Virus record (IMG/VR): IMGVR_UViG_3300008114_001632
Origin: a virus
Lineage: Duplodnaviria > Heunggongvirae > Uroviricota > Caudoviricetes
Reading direction: 5' to 3' (one strand)
DNA: 64,000 nucleotides
A model generated the notes under the pieces. It ran no database searches. It saw only the letters and a list, made by a program, of their open reading frames with translations, and was not told where the DNA came from. A program made the position numbers and the translations under genes. Shown here one piece after another: positions 1-9,195 of the stretch; within the stretch, counting starts at the first letter, position 1; each line of letters opens with the position of its first letter.

Positions 1-73
1 TGGTATTGTACGATACGCTACAACTATTTTTCTTTGGTTATTTTTTACTCTACCAACATGTTTTAGAGACATA

Positions 74-307
74 TTATTCTCCTTCTTTTTTAGGTTGTTG
101 TGAAGCTACAGCGGCTAGAAATGCTTCTAGTTTATTGTATGTCTGTCCTACTACAACCATTTCGCTGGGTTTAAAAGTACCCCTTTGACTTGCAACATCA
201 ATAATTTGCTTTAGGGCGTTTAGATCCTGCACAGTTAGTTCTGCGCTAGGTTGTGCAGGTGCAGTTGTTGCAGTAGTTTCAGGTTGTTTCTTTTGTTCAT
301 CGCTCAT
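74..307 (-). CDS. hypothetical phage protein (77 aa)
   Basis: ORF with GGAG SD; TAAATA late-promoter-like motif at 335-340. Confidence 0.75.
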   Translation of the reverse strand: MSDEQKKQPETTATTAPAQPSAELTVQDLNALKQIIDVASQRGTFKPSEMVVVGQTYNKLEAFLAAVASQQPKKEGE

Positions 308-340
308 AATATCTCCTTAATTAAATGCGCTTTTTATTTA

Positions 341-619
341 CTAGTATTTTAAATATGGACACGCCAAAGTGAAATAAGAAAGTTCTTTATGATCTTCAAA
401 ACCTATTTTTAACAAAGTTACTACTTGATTGGTAGAATCTACTTCTACAGTTTTTCCAACATAAAATCTGCCCTTTTGATGATCCATAATCCACTTTGCA
501 ATACTGTCTTGCAAGTTGTAATTCATGGGAACTGAGACATACTCAAAATGCTTTGGAGGCACTTTGAGTTGTCTCAGATCAAAAAAGTTTAAAGGATTTG
601 GATCTTTAAGACGTAACAT
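341..619 (-). CDS. hypothetical phage protein (92 aa)
   Basis: ORF coupled to the upstream VWA gene (TAATG overlap at 619). Confidence 0.75.
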   Translation of the reverse strand: MLRLKDPNPLNFFDLRQLKVPPKHFEYVSVPMNYNLQDSIAKWIMDHQKGRFYVGKTVEVDSTNQVVTLLKIGFEDHKELSYFTLACPYLKY

Positions 620-1902
620 TACTTGTCGTAGTGCGCAGTCAATCCAAACGGTGCTTGTAAATTTTTGTCATGATGTCCGTGAACAATAAAAATAGTATCA
701 CAGTAATCATCCTCGCCCCAACTGTCCCACGGATAACCGTCAGTAAACATAATAAACTTTTTAGGGTTAATATCATGGTCTCTCATGTATTTCCAGTTAG
801 CCATAAAGTCAGTACCGCCGCCGCCCATAATCTCGTAACTGAGCAAGTCATCGCCTGTGTCAGCAGTAAAGTCTTGTTCATTATACACTTTTGTATCAAA
901 GCACCAAAGTTTAATTTGATAATCTTTGTACTCGTCCATAATGCCTTTAATTTCACTTAAAAAGTCTTTAGCCTGATCATCACCGATACTTCCGCTCATA
1001 TCCAAACTAACAGCAATATCGATAGTTTCGTCGTATTGTTGTCCGGGTAATACGGCACCAGTATGCCAGCCTTTACGCGAAGGACGAGCAAAGGTAAAGT
1101 CATGCTTAATAGTGCTTTGGATTTGTTGACGCAGAAGTTCACGCCAATTCATTTTTGGCTCAGTAAGCTCTTTGATCATACGTACAATTTCGCCCGGAGT
1201 GTTACCAGCACCTGCTGCCTGTGCCGCTTGTAGCATGCCTTCTTTAATCTCGTCACGAATCTTTTGCATCTCATCTTTAGAATACTTTGGACGACCTTTG
1301 CCTTTACCGTCTTTGTCATCACCTTCTCCATCACCTTCACCGTCGAGGTCTAGGTGTTCGTCTAGCATAGAACCTAGACTTTCTAGAAATTCTTTACCAT
1401 TTTTTTGTGCTTGCTTAAATAGTTCTTCGTAAACTTCTTCGCTAGTCCAGCCAGCATATTTTGCATCTTTAAAGCAGTCTACTAGGGTAGGCTCTACACC
1501 AATTCGATCTCGAATTAACAAGTTGTTGACAATGTAGTCCTGTGCAATATTAGACAAAACTGGATCCATGTTACGATCTTGCCAAGTACGGCGACCAAGA
1601 TGGTCAAATACACAATGCAGGATCTCGTGTGCAATAACAAACTCAATCTCTTTATTAGACATTGCATTAAAGAATTGAGTATTGAAATAAAGATTTCGAC
1701 CGTCTACAGCGGCAGTAGGCAACCATTCATCTGCTGCCTGAATTCGCAAACGAGTTGCCATGTTACCAAAGAATGGGTGACGTAGAAGTAAGCCAACTCT
1801 TGCAACAATGATACGATCAAGAACTTCTGTACGCATCTCTGCAAGTTGTTCGGGTGTAATATTTGGATCAGGTGTCCATTGTTTTTTGCTTGCTACGCTC
1901 AT
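619..1902 (-). CDS. HEXXH metallopeptidase-like + C-terminal VWA domain protein (DUF2201-like), MoxR partner
   Basis: AHEILH zincin motif; acidic Gly-rich linker; MIDAS DMSGS ... FTDG; adjacent to MoxR ATPase. Confidence 0.85.
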   Translation of the reverse strand: MSVASKKQWTPDPNITPEQLAEMRTEVLDRIIVARVGLLLRHPFFGNMATRLRIQAADEWLPTAAVDGRNLYFNTQFFNAMSNKEIEFVIAHEILHCVFDHLGRRTWQDRNMDPVLSNIAQDYIVNNLLIRDRIGVEPTLVDCFKDAKYAGWTSEEVYEELFKQAQKNGKEFLESLGSMLDEHLDLDGEGDGEGDDKDGKGKGRPKYSKDEMQKIRDEIKEGMLQAAQAAGAGNTPGEIVRMIKELTEPKMNWRELLRQQIQSTIKHDFTFARPSRKGWHTGAVLPGQQYDETIDIAVSLDMSGSIGDDQAKDFLSEIKGIMDEYKDYQIKLWCFDTKVYNEQDFTADTGDDLLSYEIMGGGGTDFMANWKYMRDHDINPKKFIMFTDGYPWDSWGEDDYCDTIFIVHGHHDKNLQAPFGLTAHYDK

Positions 1903-1933
1903 ATGCTATACTCCTATGTAACTGTATATATGT

Positions 1934-1961
1934 ATTATACAGCATTTGCGGATAAAGTCAA
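1934..1961 (-). promoter_or_regulatory. sigma70-like promoter
   Basis: TTGACT-N16-TATAAT upstream of the VWA gene. Confidence 0.65.
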
Positions 1962-1995
1962 GAAAGAAAGTGGGCGTTTTTTGGAGAAACGCCCA
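1961..1995 (-). terminator. intrinsic terminator
   Basis: TGGGCGTTT/AAACGCCCA stem (1971-1995) followed by CTTTCTTTCT on the minus strand, just after the MoxR stop. Confidence 0.7.
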
Positions 1996-2006
1996 TAAAC
2001 TCTATA

Positions 2007-3098
2007 TTACGCCTTTTGAGCGGCAGTAATATACTTACCAAATCGACTGTGGAACTCGTCAAAACATTCGACTTCGTCCGGATCAATTGGCAAGCTGTAC
2101 TGAGTAAGAGCGAGTTTGATGCCCATAACAACCAATTCAGTTTCAAAATTATCCATTGCAAAGCGCAGGAAATTGTTAACTTTATTGTCAAACTTCTTAT
2201 CGCTCTTGTCAGACGCCTCTTTTAGCTCGTAGCAGAGCGAGACTGTCAAGGAATACATGGCACTGATTTCTTTAGTCTTCAGCTCCTTTACCTTGCCATC
2301 CAAAATATCTGTTGGATTAGGCATCTGACTGGCAACCTTGCGGTGCGCCATAAACTTAACAGCAAGACCTTCACCGACTGCGCCAGAGACTAGGTCAGTA
2401 AGTGTATTGCTATCAAGCTCGTCATCTAACAGTTCGCTAACAAAGGACCACGAACGTGGAGTAGCAAACGAACGGCTAGGGGACTTTGGATCAAAGTCGT
2501 AGAGGTCCTTCTTGCTAAAAGTCAAGAAGCCTACAACGTCTCTGTGGATACTATGATTTACAGCCCATTGGAACCAGTCATCAAAATTGACAGCCATTTC
2601 CAAGTGAACAAAACGGTTAGCTAACGGAGCAGGCATACGATAAGTAACACCTTTGTCAGCTTCTCGATTACCGGCTGCAACAATAAACACGTTATCGGGC
2701 AATTTGTATTGTCCAACTCGACGGTTCAAAACTAATTGATAAGCCGCTGCCTGTACGCTAGGAGCCGCACTATTCATTTCATCTAAGAACAAAATAATAT
2801 TTTCGTGCTTTGATGCCATGATCTCATCAGGCAATTCTGCCGGAGGAGCCCAAACCATTTTACCTTGATTAGAATCAAAGTAAGGAATACCTTTAATGTC
2901 TGTAGGTTCCCAAAGAGATAGACGAACGTCAATTACGTGAGCGTTCATATATTCACCAATTTGGTGAACAACATCAGATTTACCAATACCTGGGGGACCC
3001 CACAGGAAAATTGGTCGACGTTTGATGATTGCATGTTTAATGCTAGCTTTTGCCGAATTAGGCGAAAGTTGACGGGCCGATGAGCTTTCCGATGCCAT
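2007..3098 (-). CDS. MoxR-like AAA+ ATPase
   Basis: Walker A GPPGIGKS, Walker B LFLDE, AGNR sensor, PAPLANRF arginine finger. Confidence 0.9.
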   Translation of the reverse strand: MASESSSARQLSPNSAKASIKHAIIKRRPIFLWGPPGIGKSDVVHQIGEYMNAHVIDVRLSLWEPTDIKGIPYFDSNQGKMVWAPPAELPDEIMASKHENIILFLDEMNSAAPSVQAAAYQLVLNRRVGQYKLPDNVFIVAAGNREADKGVTYRMPAPLANRFVHLEMAVNFDDWFQWAVNHSIHRDVVGFLTFSKKDLYDFDPKSPSRSFATPRSWSFVSELLDDELDSNTLTDLVSGAVGEGLAVKFMAHRKVASQMPNPTDILDGKVKELKTKEISAMYSLTVSLCYELKEASDKSDKKFDNKVNNFLRFAMDNFETELVVMGIKLALTQYSLPIDPDEVECFDEFHSRFGKYITAAQKA

Positions 3099-3148
3099 TG
3101 TGTATTCCTTGTTAAGTTATAAAACAGTCAGTGCCTTACTGTTCTTAT

Positions 3149-3176
3149 ATTGTAACACCTACACAATATAAGTCAA
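3149..3176 (-). promoter_or_regulatory. sigma70-like promoter followed by a 5' leader hairpin
   Basis: TTGACT-N16-TACAAT; AACAGT...ACTGTT hairpin at about 3123-3143. Confidence 0.55.
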
Positions 3177-3192
3177 GATCTAGTTTACCAAA

Positions 3193-3579
3193 CTACTCCG
3201 CATCGTGTCGTTTCATTGCTTTGGTTAATCCGTATTTACGTATGTCTCCGGAAAAAAGATGAAGTTCGAGAGCTTTCTTTTCGTCCGTTACAATAATTGA
3301 ATCTCTGCCTAACCAATATGGACAAGTAATAAATCGATCTAACCAAATTATGGTTTGCGTAGTTAATTCAAAATCTTTTGGAAAAGGAACTTCGTATGTT
3401 TGGAGATCAAGTGTATCAGTGACAAAAAGATATCCTTGATCTGTAAGACGCAGGCCACCTTCGTCTTTGGATCTAGTGTTTTGCCACCATGTTGAATAAT
3501 ATTCTTTAAAAGATATTTCGTTAACACCTTTTCCGGCCTGTTTTAGAAATATCTTTGTATATGTTTCTTTCCAATTCAT
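3193..3579 (-). CDS. hypothetical protein
   Basis: 128-aa ORF, ATGA overlap with the upstream gene. Confidence 0.75.
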   Translation of the reverse strand: MNWKETYTKIFLKQAGKGVNEISFKEYYSTWWQNTRSKDEGGLRLTDQGYLFVTDTLDLQTYEVPFPKDFELTTQTIIWLDRFITCPYWLGRDSIIVTDEKKALELHLFSGDIRKYGLTKAMKRHDAE

Positions 3580-3872
3580 TGTATTTCTTCAAGTACGATT
3601 TCGCCTGAAGTTAATTTTACTACTTGGAAGTCTGCGCAGGAAAACATTTCGTTTAATTTTTTTGCCAAATTAAATGCATGGCCAGGATTACTAAACGAAA
3701 CTTTTTTATATTTTGGTCCCGGATAATTAGTGAGCATGTTAGAACTTTTAAGATTAAACGGATCGCCCTTGTAAAAGACAGCCCAAATAGCTTCAGCACG
3801 AAGCACTTGCTCACTCTTGTATGTTTTTTTATCTACGTGATCTAACAACACAGTGGGTTTTGGTCTACTCAT
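3576..3872 (-). CDS. hypothetical protein
   Basis: 98-aa ORF with SD. Confidence 0.75.
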   Translation of the reverse strand: MSRPKPTVLLDHVDKKTYKSEQVLRAEAIWAVFYKGDPFNLKSSNMLTNYPGPKYKKVSFSNPGHAFNLAKKLNEMFSCADFQVVKLTSGEIVLEEIQ

Positions 3873-3902
3873 ATACGCAATCCTTTAAATTAACTACGTA
3901 TA

Positions 3903-3910
3903 TATTTATA
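3903..3910 (-). promoter_or_regulatory. T4-type late promoter TATAAATA
   Basis: exact TATAAATA on the minus strand in the intergenic gap. Confidence 0.65.
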
Positions 3911-3937
3911 TCAAAAACACATTATATTACCTGTTTA

Positions 3938-4186
3938 TTACCATCCAGGATTACTTGAACCTATTTGAATTTGAATTACTTCGTTGTCGCCTGAGTTCTT
4001 TTTAGCTAATATTTGTTCTAAATCACCGTTTAAACGTGTCATAACAAGCCCTAAAGTAAATGCTAGAGCCTTAGCTTGCTGTATGTCTATGCGGATGTCT
4101 TTGGCTCGACTGGCATCTGCACTCTTAACTTGGTTAAGAAACTGCGTAATAGGTGTAGTGTTTAACGGCTCATTTTGTGTTGACAC
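3938..4186 (-). CDS. hypothetical protein
   Basis: 82-aa ORF, GTG start. Confidence 0.65.
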   Translation of the reverse strand: MSTQNEPLNTTPITQFLNQVKSADASRAKDIRIDIQQAKALAFTLGLVMTRLNGDLEQILAKKNSGDNEVIQIQIGSSNPGW

Positions 4187-4640
4187 GACTTAACTCCTGT
4201 CTCATTTCTATCTCAGTCCTAAACGGACCTTTAGTTTCGTAGCGTTCTACAGTGATCAGCTTTGGACAAAAACTTTTGACCCAACCTTTTTCAAAGTGAA
4301 TCACATAATATCCTGCACAATATAAACTTTTTGATTTAGCTGATTTTGTAAAAAGAGGAAGTTTTCGTTTTACATCAAATATAGGATTGTGTGGTTGACA
4401 CGATGTTGCATAGCCGTGAACTTCTTTGGTATAGTCTTTGGCTATTTTAAGAGCAGTCCATGTTACATCGTTACCTAAGGTTTTCTTAAGTTGTTTTTGA
4501 TTTTCAAAAAATCGTGTGCCAGCTTTGTCGCTTAGGATATACTTTTCATCGTTATAAGAAATGGTAGCTACATTTTCACCATCTTCCTCAACAATCCAAA
4601 ATTTACCACCTAATATTTCTTTCGCTATCATTTTATTCAT
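4170..4640 (-). CDS. hypothetical protein
   Basis: start re-assigned to MNKMIAKE at 4640 (ATGA overlap with RNase H stop). Confidence 0.75.
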   Translation of the reverse strand: MNKMIAKEILGGKFWIVEEDGENVATISYNDEKYILSDKAGTRFFENQKQLKKTLGNDVTWTALKIAKDYTKEVHGYATSCQPHNPIFDVKRKLPLFTKSAKSKSLYCAGYYVIHFEKGWVKSFCPKLITVERYETKGPFRTEIEMRQELSRVNTK

Positions 4641-5623
4641 CCCGGATACCTCGCATTTAATGGTACAGCATATAACTGTGCATTGTCGGCCACTCGTTGC
4701 ATGTCCCACTTAGCACAAAATTTAATCAGTCGCATTCCAACTTGTGTAATGTCTTTTGGAAAGCTAGCTTGTTTAATTGTATTATTAATTAGTTCTTTAA
4801 TTTCTAAAGGTTGTGCTGTTAAATCGCATAGAGTCACATTTCTATTATAGTCGTCTAACACACGATGTTCTACACCCTCGTGATCGGACCAACGTTGCAA
4901 CATGAGATTATTCCAAGCATAGCCTTTGGTATTCTTATCAGCATATGCTTCAGTAAGGCCTACTTTATTCTTAGTACCTTTAACTCTAACACCAGGATAT
5001 GCACTAAAGACATTATCACTAGTATCGCCACGCATACATTTTTCAAATAGCAACCAATCTGGATTAGGGGCAGGCTTAATTTCTTTCGTTTTCTTATCAA
5101 TTACAGACTTACCCTTGTCGTCAAAATAGCCTTCATGAGTAGTTGTAATATTACTGACACCATTATATTGTTTTACGTTTGGTGCAATGAGTTGTGCAAA
5201 GTCGCCGTCTGTAGAAATAATCACGTGATTGTCATGCGGGTGATTCTGCACCCAGCCTGCAATCAAGTCATCTGCTTCTAGTTGTGGGTGTTGCATTACA
5301 GTACAATTTGTTTTAGTTTGTACAAAATCTTTAAACTCGTCAAAGATTTCCCAAAACATTTTATCTTCCTCAGCTTCACGGGGAGTGAGCGCATCACGAG
5401 TTTCTTGTCGATTTCGCTTGTAAGGTTGATAAAAATCTTTACGCCAGCTACGTCCCTCAAGACAGAATACTACATGATCTGCATTAAAGTCAGTCCAAGC
5501 CTTTTTAATCGAATTGAATGTAATATGCAGGGCCATGCCCACTTTTGTGTCAAGGTCACCACGTACTACGTGTCGAGCTCTAAAAAAAGTGTTTGCAGTA
5601 TCTACTAGGATGTATGTGCTCAT
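4637..5623 (-). CDS. rnh: T4-like RNase H / 5'-3' flap exonuclease
   Basis: LVDTAN, EADD, STDGD and GDTSDN acidic motifs of the FEN/5'-3' exonuclease family. Confidence 0.9.
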   Translation of the reverse strand: MSTYILVDTANTFFRARHVVRGDLDTKVGMALHITFNSIKKAWTDFNADHVVFCLEGRSWRKDFYQPYKRNRQETRDALTPREAEEDKMFWEIFDEFKDFVQTKTNCTVMQHPQLEADDLIAGWVQNHPHDNHVIISTDGDFAQLIAPNVKQYNGVSNITTTHEGYFDDKGKSVIDKKTKEIKPAPNPDWLLFEKCMRGDTSDNVFSAYPGVRVKGTKNKVGLTEAYADKNTKGYAWNNLMLQRWSDHEGVEHRVLDDYNRNVTLCDLTAQPLEIKELINNTIKQASFPKDITQVGMRLIKFCAKWDMQRVADNAQLYAVPLNARYPG

Positions 5624-6069
5624 GAAACTTCGCTTTTGCCTTTTGCAATTGGTACTACATTAATATAACCAGCGCCGCGATTTGCATCCATGCCTTCTTC
5701 ACTTAGCATTTGTGATACAATGTCGCGGAACCAACGATCTACAACTTCTTCATCTGGATCACCTTCAAACCCGTATCCAGCTTGTCTTAATTGTACTATA
5801 AAAAGGTCATTCCAGTCAAGCTCAAAAAATCCATTCCTAATATTTTCTGGATTAACTTTAGTATCAAGCACCGCTACCCAAGGTTCTCCTTTAACTGTAG
5901 CACGTTCTTTTGGTGTCAATTTAGCTTGTTCTTCTGCTTTGGCAGCACGTTCAGCAGCCTCAGTGGCTGTTTTGGCTGCTTTGGCAGCGGCTGTAGCTAT
6001 TGCCATATTACGTTCAGCTTCTGCCTTGATCTTATCTATGCCAAATAATTTTTCTATAAATTTTTTCAT
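5620..6069 (-). CDS. hypothetical protein with Ala-rich coiled coil
   Basis: start at MKKFIEK 6069, overlapping the queE stop (TAATG). Confidence 0.75.
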   Translation of the reverse strand: MKKFIEKLFGIDKIKAEAERNMAIATAAAKAAKTATEAAERAAKAEEQAKLTPKERATVKGEPWVAVLDTKVNPENIRNGFFELDWNDLFIVQLRQAGYGFEGDPDEEVVDRWFRDIVSQMLSEEGMDANRGAGYINVVPIAKGKSEVS

Positions 6070-6926
6070 TAAGTACCCCATTCATTTTTAAATAGCGGCA
6101 CTTGCAAACGATCGCTATAGCGTAATCCGTTTTTCATTGCCAGTAATGCTACATTCTTATTGTTTAGTGCGTACACACTTTCTACACCGCCAACTGGCAT
6201 TAGATAAACATGCCCGTCAAAACCAGCCGCACGATATTCTTCAGTTGCACGTTTAGCATCTTCAAAATCTTGTTCTGTAGCAATAACAAACTTCAAATAT
6301 GCTGTACCAACTTTTTCGTATTCACAAACTATTTCAGGAAGAATTGCTTCTTCCCACTTCTCACCACTACATGGAAGTTTAGCACTTACACTGAATGTAA
6401 CTTCTCTCTCGTCACTACCAAGAAACCAATCTGTTAAGTATTCTTTAAATTCTGGAGTAAGTCTCTGGGTACCGTTTGTTTCAAATGTAATCTCTTTCAA
6501 ACCCGCCATCTTAGGATGACTTAGCAAGTCTGGATAAGCACGTTGCCAACCTAGTAAAGGTTCGCCGCCTGTAATTACAAGATGTTCGTCTTCCCACTCA
6601 TTGTATGGCAGTATCTCCATAATGCGATCAGCAATGGCATCACTAGTAAGCATTGGACTTAGATCTTTAAATGCTGGATGCCAACTTGCATAACTATCAC
6701 ATCCTGTACTTACTAACGGAAGTTCTTCATATTTTTGAAAAGACTCTATATTTGCATGTGTATACGCAATATCATCTGCTTCAATACTAATTTTATCACG
6801 CGGCATACCAAAGCCTGCACATTTAAAGTTGCAGCCGAATGTGCGTAAAAAGACACTAGGTACACCCATGTACCTACCTTCGCCTTGTATACTGTAAAAA
6901 AGTTCTGCTATTTTTATTTTGCTCAT
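6069..6926 (-). CDS. queE: 7-carboxy-7-deazaguanine synthase (radical SAM)
   Basis: ELFYSIQGEG N-terminus, GCNFKC...GCDS, ITGGEP, ETNG; close to folE and dpdA. Confidence 0.85.
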   Translation of the reverse strand: MSKIKIAELFYSIQGEGRYMGVPSVFLRTFGCNFKCAGFGMPRDKISIEADDIAYTHANIESFQKYEELPLVSTGCDSYASWHPAFKDLSPMLTSDAIADRIMEILPYNEWEDEHLVITGGEPLLGWQRAYPDLLSHPKMAGLKEITFETNGTQRLTPEFKEYLTDWFLGSDEREVTFSVSAKLPCSGEKWEEAILPEIVCEYEKVGTAYLKFVIATEQDFEDAKRATEEYRAAGFDGHVYLMPVGGVESVYALNNKNVALLAMKNGLRYSDRLQVPLFKNEWGT

Positions 6927-7198
6927 GCTTTTAATGATTCCATGGTTGCTATTTTTGCAATACGATCGCCAAAGTCTTGATCATTAGTGATAATATAAGT
7001 TTGGTTATGACTGCGATCCTTTATGCGATCATAGTAACGAAACTCTACAACTTTGCCGCCTATTGCATTGTATACTTTAAAGTTTAACACAGGTTCGCCT
7101 TCAATGCAATCACTTTCTCTACTAGATATGCATATATCTTTTCCAGGAGTATCTTCTTCAAACATCCAATTACGTAATTTACGTTTAATCCATTTCAT
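6923..7198 (-). CDS. hypothetical protein
   Basis: start re-assigned to MKWIKRK at 7198 (ATGA overlap). Confidence 0.7.
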   Translation of the reverse strand: MKWIKRKLRNWMFEEDTPGKDICISSRESDCIEGEPVLNFKVYNAIGGKVVEFRYYDRIKDRSHNQTYIITNDQDFGDRIAKIATMESLKA

Positions 7199-7410
7199 AC
7201 TTTGTCCTTTAACCACTCGTCTACTTTGGCTTCTGCTTCTTCCTGTGAAACAGCATAAGCATAAATCCAATAACATTCATCCTTGCCTTTAATATCAAAT
7301 GGCACAGGTCCGTTAAACAATATACCGTCTTCTAACATACGTTTAACTTCAAACTTTTTTAAATTTCTAGCACGATTAATTAAATCGTTAGTCATGTCTA
7401 TTGAGTTCAT
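7195..7410 (-). CDS. hypothetical protein
   Basis: start re-assigned to MNSID at 7410 (ATGA overlap, SD). Confidence 0.7.
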   Translation of the reverse strand: MNSIDMTNDLINRARNLKKFEVKRMLEDGILFNGPVPFDIKGKDECYWIYAYAVSQEEAEAKVDEWLKDKV

Positions 7411-8069
7411 TTTGTTTCCTTTATTAAACCACGCCACAGTACTACATGTTCGTTGGACCATTGATTGCCGTCCCATTGTGCATATGTAGGAAATGGCCAA
7501 TTAGGTGTTACACTTGAAGTAATTTGATAAGTACCGTTTCTTACAGGATTAATATTTACAGAAAACCAATCAGTTACTTCTGGCTCTTCAACTACTATTT
7601 CTTCAACAGATTTAATAGGAACTCCGCCTACAGAAATATTTTTATCAGGTTCGCCTTGAAATACTTCGCCAGTATCTTGATTAGTAAGTTCTAAAGGACC
7701 GTAGTAGTGATATTCTGTATCGTCTAGCATCCAACCTAACGCCTCAACAGCTTCGTATGTATCTTCGTCCCAAGCAGTATTAAACTCTTCAAGGTCTGTA
7801 TCAGTACAGTTACGACCTGCTTCAGTGTCTGCCCAACATCCGTCAATTAGGTCCCATAGTTCCCAACATTCGTCATTTTCAATACAGCTAAGTTCGTAAC
7901 CGTCTTCGTTTTTAAGTTCTTCGTCAGTAAGTGGTCGCTCATCTGATTCTACGCTAAAAGTACCCCAGCGATAACCTTCTTCGCGAATAATTACCTTGCT
8001 GTCTTTATACCAAAATTGTCGCTCAACAGCGGATTTTTTATATTGTGGTGAAAGTTTCCAAGTAGTCAT
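7407..8069 (-). CDS. acidic hypothetical protein with Trp-rich C-terminal domain
   Basis: start MTTWKL at 8069 with AAGGA SD. Confidence 0.75.
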   Translation of the reverse strand: MTTWKLSPQYKKSAVERQFWYKDSKVIIREEGYRWGTFSVESDERPLTDEELKNEDGYELSCIENDECWELWDLIDGCWADTEAGRNCTDTDLEEFNTAWDEDTYEAVEALGWMLDDTEYHYYGPLELTNQDTGEVFQGEPDKNISVGGVPIKSVEEIVVEEPEVTDWFSVNINPVRNGTYQITSSVTPNWPFPTYAQWDGNQWSNEHVVLWRGLIKETK

Positions 8070-8079
8070 ATTTTGTTCC

Positions 8080-8919
8080 TTATCTCGGTGCAAACTCTTG
8101 TTGTAATTTGATATTGTCAAAGAATTCTTTCTTTGTATGAGGATCATCTTTAAATGTTCCTTTAAGGACTGTAGTCTGTGTTAGTGAGCTATGCGCCATA
8201 ATGCCGCGATTCTCACAACATCCATGTGTTGCTTGAATGTATACTGCTACGTTTTCGGAGTCAGTAGCTTTACTAATCTCACGGGCAATGTCGTTGCAAA
8301 GCTCCTCCTGGAGTGTGCCTCGTCTAGCACACCACTGTGCAATACGTGTGTACTTGCTGAGCCCAATAAGTTTCTGAGCGGCAATAATACCAATATAAGC
8401 AACGCCACTAACGGGTTGATGATGATGACTGCACATACTGCGAAGCTCACTACGAACAACCAACATACCTTCGTAACGGTCCTGCGAGTCGTTTGGAAAT
8501 GCTGTTGCGTCTGGTCCTGGTTCATATCTGCCACTCATAATTTCGTTGAAGTACATTTTAGCAAGCCGTCTTGCTGTACCATGCGAGTTAGGATCGTTTT
8601 CACGATCAATCAACAAAGTATCTAATACTTGTTCAAATGCTTCTGTAGCTTCGTTGATTAAATGTTCTTTATCACTTTCGTGTAAGTAATCACTTATATT
8701 GTCTCCAGCCCAATATCTCTTTCCTTCTCTTTTCATTTTAGCACGTAGTACAGCAGATAGACTAGATTCCTTATATCCGCCGTCACCTGCCATTGCGTCA
8801 AGTGCTGTTTCTTTTTTAATATAAACCGGCTTACCCAATGGTTCATATTTCTCTTCAACAAACTCCCTGTTGTCAGGACCGTTCATTATCGGATCCGGTT
8901 TAAATTCTGCTTTTGTCAA
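8080..8919 (-). CDS. folE: GTP cyclohydrolase I
   Basis: SMCSHH, GLSKY.RI, LQEE, HGCCENRG; TTG start with GGAG SD. Confidence 0.95.
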   Translation of the reverse strand: MTKAEFKPDPIMNGPDNREFVEEKYEPLGKPVYIKKETALDAMAGDGGYKESSLSAVLRAKMKREGKRYWAGDNISDYLHESDKEHLINEATEAFEQVLDTLLIDRENDPNSHGTARRLAKMYFNEIMSGRYEPGPDATAFPNDSQDRYEGMLVVRSELRSMCSHHHQPVSGVAYIGIIAAQKLIGLSKYTRIAQWCARRGTLQEELCNDIAREISKATDSENVAVYIQATHGCCENRGIMAHSSLTQTTVLKGTFKDDPHTKKEFFDNIKLQQEFAPR

Positions 8920-8959
8920 TTTTATTCTCCGAGTTATAGACGTGGATGTCTATTGTTAA

Positions 8960-8988
8960 ATTATATACTTTATTTAGATCGTTGTCAA
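8960..8988 (-). promoter_or_regulatory. consensus sigma70 promoter with embedded CTAAATA late-like motif
   Basis: TTGACA-N17-TATAAT upstream of folE. Confidence 0.8.
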
Positions 8989-9195
8989 TCATTCTGAAAA
9001 ATATTTGTTAAGCATTTCTAGCTTATCATCATATTCTGCAATTTGAGCTATCTCTGCTTCAATAGCACTCATTATGTCTGTATGCTCTGGAATAGCAATT
9101 GGGTTCCGTAACATAGTTTCAACATTCATTCTATGTTTTAAAATATGTGATTCAAAATGTGCTTTACTGGCTTGTAGTAGTTCTTTACGCATCAT
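8989..9195 (-). CDS. hypothetical protein
   Basis: 68-aa helical ORF with GGAG SD. Confidence 0.7.
   Translation of the reverse strand: MMRKELLQASKAHFESHILKHRMNVETMLRNPIAIPEHTDIMSAIEAEIAQIAEYDDKLEMLNKYFSE

Noticed and set aside
6069-6926. NrdG / anaerobic RNR activase
   Set aside because: QueE-type ELFYSIQGEG and ETNG motifs plus folE/dpdA context; no nrdD nearby
8917-8965. Canonical preQ1-I riboswitch
   Set aside because: Loop and A-rich L3 do not match the consensus; kept only as a novel-structure candidate
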